Of a stretch of 64,000 nucleotides of DNA, positions 59,383-64,000 are shown in pieces. Position 1 is the stretch's first letter; each line of letters begins with the position of its first letter. Position numbers and translations under genes: made by a program. The notes beneath the pieces are model-generated. The model saw only the letters and a list, made by a program, of their open reading frames with translations. It had not been told where the DNA came from and made no database searches. The DNA is from a virus: IMG/VR virus record IMGVR_UViG_3300032163_000005, positions 30,024-94,023 of that record; one strand, given 5' to 3'.

Positions 59383-59862
59383 GTTGAGAGATGAAGCTCT
59401 CTCACTAGCTTGATCCACCGGTGTTCCTGTCGAGGGGACCAACTACTTCCACTACTCGTTGAGAGATGAAGCCCTCTCACTAGCTTGATCCACGGATCAC
59501 CCACTCGGGATCGTCCGCGTCGAGCGCAAGTTGAGAGATGAAGCCCTCTCACTAGCTTGATCCACGAAACCCAGTGCGAGGCGAACGTGTGGCGCAGATC
59601 GTGGTTGAGAGATGAAGCCCTCTCACTAGCTTGATCCACCTTCTCGGGCTCGAGCCCCATCGCTTCGGCCTCTTCGCGTTGTTGAGAGATGAAGCCCTCT
59701 CACTAGCTTGATCCACAGATGGATGCTCGCCGCGTTGGTACACGCAATTGCTTGTTGAGAGATGAAGCCCTCTCACTAGCTTGATCCACCCGATTCGCGG
59801 AGTGTCCATCTCTCACCCTCTTGAACGTTGAGAGATGAAGCCCTCTCACTAGCTTGATCCAC
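59383..59862 (-). CRISPR. CRISPR array, 7 x 36-nt repeats GTGGATCAAGCTAGTGAGAGGGCTTCATCTCTCAAC, 6 spacers of 36-41 nt
   Basis: Repeats start (plus coordinates) at 59383, 59458, 59530, 59604, 59681, 59754, 59827. TGAGAG/CTCTCA stem. The single variant repeat at 59383 marks the trailer, supporting minus orientation. Confidence 0.98.
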
Positions 59863-59881
59863 CAGTCCTGCAAATCATTCA

Positions 59882-61375
59882 TCATTCCGCAGCATTCAAC
59901 TCCGGTTCGCGAGAGGTGGCAACCATCCGAAGATGATCCCCCGTTCCGATTCCATCAGCATTCTTTTTCTCTTTTCGTTTTGATACTTTGCGCGTGCGAG
60001 CACGAGGGGGGTTTCCATCACCAATCCACCGCTCGCTTTGATAGCGGAGAACCCGTGCGGCATTTTCATCCTGATGATGCTCGGCCCCGCACTCACATTT
60101 CCAGCGAAGCGCTGGACCAACCTTTTCTGCACGAATCAACCCGCACGATGAACAAGTCATTGTAGTGAATGCACTTGGAAGCCAATCAACACGAGCTGCC
60201 CCAAACCGTTGCAGGATGACGGTTTGGAGAATGTGTATGGCCGCACTCGAGCGCCATCGTTCAAGTGATGCTGTGTCGCCTTCTCCGACCCAAGCTTGCA
60301 TGGGCATGTCTTCAAGTGCGACGTATCGATATTTTCGCGCAAGTGCATCTGCGAATCGTTGGTAGGCATCAAGTCGGCGTCGAATAGCTCGATCTCGGAC
60401 ACCTGCTTCGATGTCTTCGAGATGGCGATCACGTTCCCGCCACCACAGTGCACCTAGATCTTGAGTCGTGAGCGCGATCCGTCGCATGCGCTCTTTGTCC
60501 TTCCAACGAAGCGCATGCTGCGCACCGGGAAGCTGTGCTTCCGATACATGTCGTTTGGCTTCGTCAAAATTGACATCTCGTATGCTCCGGATCGAATCGG
60601 AATATTGGAACGCCCGGATCGTATCGATGTGGAGAGACCCGACATCAACTACACCGTTCTCTTCTCCGTCGTAGGTCGCCACGAGCATGCCGAGCTCACC
60701 ATTTCTTCGCCAACCGACGTCTACACCGACAATGCCCAACCCAATGTCCTTTTTCCTATCAGGCTCAAATTCGATGGTGACCAACGCTTCCCAACGAAAT
60801 CGATGTCCCGAGCGCGTTCGTTGAACAGCAACTTGTTTGACAACAGCGCCATCCGGGAAATCCCGATGAAGTTTGATGGGCCATGTGATCGTTTGGCCAG
60901 CCGCCAGCGCGCCAACATGGATGGTGAGCTCGGCGTGTCGTCTGGCATTGAGGCTTGTGAGAGAAATACGTTTGCTCGTCGTCCAATCCAACGCTGGAAA
61001 TTGAGCTCGCGAATGAATCTCTCCGCCAATGGATCCTGTGCCATCCCAATGCTGCATCTTGATTGGATCAAGACGACTCGCTTTGCTCGCTGAGAGCATT
61101 GCAGCCTCAATAAGCCAATAAGTACCCGCGTCGAGTAGATGACCCCTACGTCGTCGTGCCCCCCGGATCCTCTCATTCTGAGTTTGATGAGTGAACGCCA
61201 TGACATGAGATGCATCATCCTTGCTCTCAAGGAGTGTGCGAAAATCTCGTTTGGCCGCGTTGTAAATCCGTCGCAACTCTTCACGATAGAGCCACGCTTG
61301 CCCGAGCAATTGAAGGGCCCGGTCCATTTCTTTGGGAGCCCGGCATCCGAATTTGTAGACCCTATTTTCAATCAT
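59882..61375 (-). CDS. cas12: compact type V CRISPR effector, Cas12m (V-U1)-like, 497 aa
   Basis: RuvC-I VGVDVGWR, RuvC-II VALED, Zn finger CSSC...CEC, RuvC-III QDENAA; WDGTG and LHR.FP motifs recalled from Cas12m; AAGGA RBS before ATG 61375; array 19 nt downstream. Confidence 0.85.
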   Translation of the reverse strand: MIENRVYKFGCRAPKEMDRALQLLGQAWLYREELRRIYNAAKRDFRTLLESKDDASHVMAFTHQTQNERIRGARRRRGHLLDAGTYWLIEAAMLSASKASRLDPIKMQHWDGTGSIGGEIHSRAQFPALDWTTSKRISLTSLNARRHAELTIHVGALAAGQTITWPIKLHRDFPDGAVVKQVAVQRTRSGHRFRWEALVTIEFEPDRKKDIGLGIVGVDVGWRRNGELGMLVATYDGEENGVVDVGSLHIDTIRAFQYSDSIRSIRDVNFDEAKRHVSEAQLPGAQHALRWKDKERMRRIALTTQDLGALWWRERDRHLEDIEAGVRDRAIRRRLDAYQRFADALARKYRYVALEDMPMQAWVGEGDTASLERWRSSAAIHILQTVILQRFGAARVDWLPSAFTTMTCSSCGLIRAEKVGPALRWKCECGAEHHQDENAARVLRYQSERWIGDGNPPRARTRKVSKRKEKKNADGIGTGDHLRMVATSREPELNAAE

Positions 61376-61433
61376 CACATTCCTTCTTGCCGCATCATTT
61401 ATTTCGTCGTACCAAGCTTGATCTTGATCGCTC

Positions 61434-61622
61434 TCACTCTTCCGCCTCCTGCATCTTCGCTTCGAAGTCCCTGAGCTCCGGTGCTGGCTTGTGATTCGTT
61501 TTGAAGATCTCGCAGATCCACTCGAACGCATCTTGATAGGTGCCATCACCCGCACGAACAATGTCTGCGACTCGCGCCCATGCTTTGGCGTTACCACTGA
61601 GAATGCGCTGTTCAAAATTCAT
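61434..61622 (-). CDS. small hypothetical protein upstream of cas12
   Basis: 62 aa, ATG start. Confidence 0.55.
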   Translation of the reverse strand: MNFEQRILSGNAKAWARVADIVRAGDGTYQDAFEWICEIFKTNHKPAPELRDFEAKMQEAEE

Positions 61623-61761
61623 GGTGTGTCATTCGCTAGGGGGAAAAGGGACTTCACGAATTGGAGATCCGCGAGATATTCGACGTCGCGTTTGACGTCC
61701 TCTCGCGTTGTCGCGAGCACACGTGTCCACGGTGTGGCTACAAGAACGTGGGAGGCAAGAA

Positions 61762-61968
61762 ATGAAGTTCGTTGTCACGATCGAAACTGAAAACGCCGCG
61801 TACGCACTCGCACCACGCGATCTTGTCCCGCTGCTTCGCGAGCTTGCAAAGAACCTCGGCGAGCAGTCGGACTACGAAGCGGCCAGCATTCACGGATACG
61901 AGGGGCGGATTCGGGACGCTCAGGGCAACACGATCGGTAAGTGGTCCTGGGAAACGGGAAAGCGCTAA
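61762..61968 (+). CDS. small hypothetical protein
   Basis: GGAGG RBS, MKFVVTIETENAAY...IRD.QGN.IG.W. Confidence 0.6.
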   Translation: MKFVVTIETENAAYALAPRDLVPLLRELAKNLGEQSDYEAASIHGYEGRIRDAQGNTIGKWSWETGKR

Positions 61969-62168
61969 GTCAGCAGCAAGAAACTCAGGACGCCTCCGCA
62001 GCGACGATGGCGGCAGCCTCCCAGGGACCGTGGCGATCCGTGTAGTACATGTCGTAACCCCGCATCCGCTCCTTACTGGTCGGCGGACGACCGGCGATCT
62101 CCATAAATTTGTCGAGGAACTCCTGATGATGTCGCTGCATTCGCTGATCGAACGTTTCTCCTCGCCCT

Positions 62169-62561
62169 TTACTTCGTATTTTTCGCATCACGATTCCTTT
62201 CCACGATGAGGCGATCACGCCACCGGGCAAGCGGCTCGCCAGTGATCTCGCTCGTGCTCACGTTATCGACGAACGCGAGGGCTTCGGGGCGTGACTCGAA
62301 GTAGTAGCGCTGTCGAGTCAAACGGTCCCGAACACGCCAAGGGCGGTCGGCCGCTCGCGTCGCGCTCGGATCACGTGACGTACGACCATGCGTTCGGAAT
62401 GTTGTCTTCGAACGTGCGCTTTGGAGCGCAATAGAACGTGCCGCGTGAACTTCTGAATCTGTCATCTTTGCCATGACCATCACCTCTCGCTGCCTCTCGT
62501 CTTCGGCTTCTCGCCGCCCGAGAGGGCTTCGTGGCGCGGGGGCAACCCGCTTCGTTCTCAT
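62169..62561 (-). CDS. early hypothetical protein (start may be downstream at about 62480)
   Basis: Follows the promoter at 62577..62604. Confidence 0.5.
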   Translation of the reverse strand: MRTKRVAPAPRSPLGRREAEDERQREVMVMAKMTDSEVHAARSIALQSARSKTTFRTHGRTSRDPSATRAADRPWRVRDRLTRQRYYFESRPEALAFVDNVSTSEITGEPLARWRDRLIVERNRDAKNTK

Positions 62562-62576
62562 CTCTCCCACACCACT

Positions 62577-62604
62577 ATGATAGCTCACCCTAGGTTTCTG
62601 TCAA
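62577..62604 (-). promoter_or_regulatory. sigma70-like early promoter
   Basis: TTGACA-16nt-TATCAT, then GTGGGAGAGATG. Confidence 0.7.
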
Positions 62605-63070
62605 GGTTTCTTTTGAGGAGACTTGCGGTCGGTCTTCCGACGCTTTTGGTTTCTGTCTGCGCCGTGCTTGGCGTACCAGCGTGCGAACACCGCAGCCCTG
62701 GCGCACTTGTGCTGGCAATAAATAGGGATCTTCGCAGTTGGTCCGCAGCGCTCCACCGGACGCCCGCATGAAGGACACGGTGGACGTGTACGCGCTCGAA
62801 GGACGCGCTGCTCGAGACGCCGTGCGCGTGTGGCCGCGTTCTCCTTCGCACGCCACGCGGGGGCCGACCTCACGCGCTGGTAGTAGTCGTGCTGCCGCTC
62901 GAGTCGACGCACGCCCGATCGGATCGCCGTGAAGAGCTCTTGCGCCCGCCACGTGATGGCGAGCTCTTCGAAGTCGTCGAGAATGTCTCCCCTCAGATTG
63001 ATCCACGCCATCACGCTGCCTTTTGGAACGCCGCACTCTGGACTCAAATCGAGCTCTGCGAGAACCGATT

Positions 63071-63364
63071 TCACGACCAACCTGCTTTCCAACCCTGACG
63101 AGCTCTGTAAACCGAAAGCCACTTCTCCGCGCGTTCGTACGCCGTCTTGGGGAACACGAAATCTTCGCGCTCATGATTCTCTGGATCGTACGCAAGGTAG
63201 GCGATTGTCTTGCCCTGGTAGGTGCTCACGACCACTTCGACTTGAGCCGAACCAAGCGCACGTGCCATGCCGGCTTTTTCCGCCGCCGCGTAAAGCGCCT
63301 CGTTCGCTTTCTGCTCTGCCGTTTTTGGTGCCACCTTCATCGTCCGAACCGTCTTCATCGTCAT
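63071..63364 (-). CDS. early hypothetical protein
   Basis: GGGAG RBS then MTMKTV; follows a promoter. Confidence 0.6.
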   Translation of the reverse strand: MTMKTVRTMKVAPKTAEQKANEALYAAAEKAGMARALGSAQVEVVVSTYQGKTIAYLAYDPENHEREDFVFPKTAYERAEKWLSVYRARQGWKAGWS

Positions 63365-63379
63365 CTCTCCCACGCATCT

Positions 63380-63407
63380 ATTATGGCCATGGGAGAGTTT
63401 CTGTCAA
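63380..63407 (-). promoter_or_regulatory. sigma70-like early promoter
   Basis: TTGACA-16nt-CATAAT; shares CCTTGACAGAAAC and GTGGGAGAGATGA with the 62577 promoter. Confidence 0.7.
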
Positions 63408-63414
63408 GGATTGT

Positions 63415-63966
63415 TTAGCTAGCGACTTGAAGCGCTTGCGCTCGTCGCGCGTCCCGTGTGGCTTGTTTGCCGTACGCATGCCCGCCGAGTACCAGGTCAA
63501 TTGGCGTGCCATATTTGGCGAATCCAAGAAGCTCGCACATCGTCTCGATGGCCGTTCCCCCGAGGCGTCGTGCCCACACGCCCCATGTCATCTTAGAACC
63601 TTCCGTGTGGCCTTCGTGCCACTTGATCATGGCTTCGAGTAACGTCGGAATCTTCTCCAAGTCCTTGATCGTGTAGCCCTCCTTTTTGAGCCAGTCGCGA
63701 TCAACGTCCGTGAGCTTGCGAGATTTCGCAGCCAAGAAGAGCTCGAACACGAGACCTTGGACGAGCACCGCTTGATGAATCATCGCATCGATGTCTCCTG
63801 CCCAACGCGCGGGCTGCGAGGCTACGTGGCGAGCTTCCGAATGGATGACCGACCCCATGGCCGTCGCGCCGATGTAGATGCACATCGAGGCGACCATACT
63901 ATCCTTACCCGTGTAGGAGTGAGCCACCACGAGCCGACTCGAGAGACGAGCGCCCTCAAGCTCCAT
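63415..63966 (-). CDS. hypothetical protein
   Basis: 183-aa ORF. Confidence 0.5.
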   Translation of the reverse strand: MELEGARLSSRLVVAHSYTGKDSMVASMCIYIGATAMGSVIHSEARHVASQPARWAGDIDAMIHQAVLVQGLVFELFLAAKSRKLTDVDRDWLKKEGYTIKDLEKIPTLLEAMIKWHEGHTEGSKMTWGVWARRLGGTAIETMCELLGFAKYGTPIDLVLGGHAYGKQATRDARRAQALQVAS

Positions 63967-64000
63967 GGGCTCATAGATTTGGCACTCCTCGCGTGGGTGC

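Noticed and set aside
59494-59529. Spacer translating as ALDADDPEWVI, loosely like portal DKDPFWEI
   Set aside because: Too short and weak to assign a target
59419-59826. Self-targeting spacers
   Set aside because: No convincing protospacer seen in the window by eye; needs a computational search to be conclusive
59331-59885. ORFs with repeated WIKLVRGLHLST or VDQASERASSLN
   Set aside because: Translations of the CRISPR repeats
59882-61375. Calling the RuvC protein an IS200/IS605 TnpB
   Set aside because: No TnpA or obvious transposon ends; a real array is adjacent and the motifs match Cas12m-like proteins
61376-61615. 80-aa N-terminal extension making the effector 577 aa
   Set aside because: Overlaps the 61434..61622 gene, is low complexity, and a good RBS precedes ATG 61375
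1-64000. tRNA, rRNA, integrase, DNA polymerase, cas1/cas2
   Set aside because: None recognised in this window; they may lie outside it

Overview
About 64 kb of a contractile-tailed (myovirus-type) dsDNA phage, almost all on the minus strand. Right to left it carries early genes with duplicated sigma70-like promoters, a ~497-aa Cas12m-like (type V) effector with a 7-repeat/6-spacer CRISPR array, small and large terminase, and a ~25 kb accessory block. That block holds ThyX, a dATP/dGTP diphosphohydrolase, DNA methyltransferase, Nudix, DHH, C1 protease, RuvC resolvase, two muralytic enzymes, a lipase and fibre-like proteins. Then come portal, gpF-like head protein, scaffold, major capsid, neck, sheath, tube, frameshifted chaperones, tape measure and baseplate. 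Highlights: (1) a minimal phage CRISPR-Cas12 locus without cas1/cas2 and with an apparently intact RuvC triad; (2) one spacer reads HDLRHTFASHW, the tyrosine-integrase catalytic motif; (3) a solitary near-perfect copy of the CRISPR repeat lies 33 kb away in the head operon; (4) nine or more unrelated small proteins share a terminal [IL][KR][KQ]WA motif, possibly a capsid-targeting tag; (5) six copies of a perfect 24-bp palindrome have IHF-like flanks. All assignments come from motif recognition by eye; no database searches were run.
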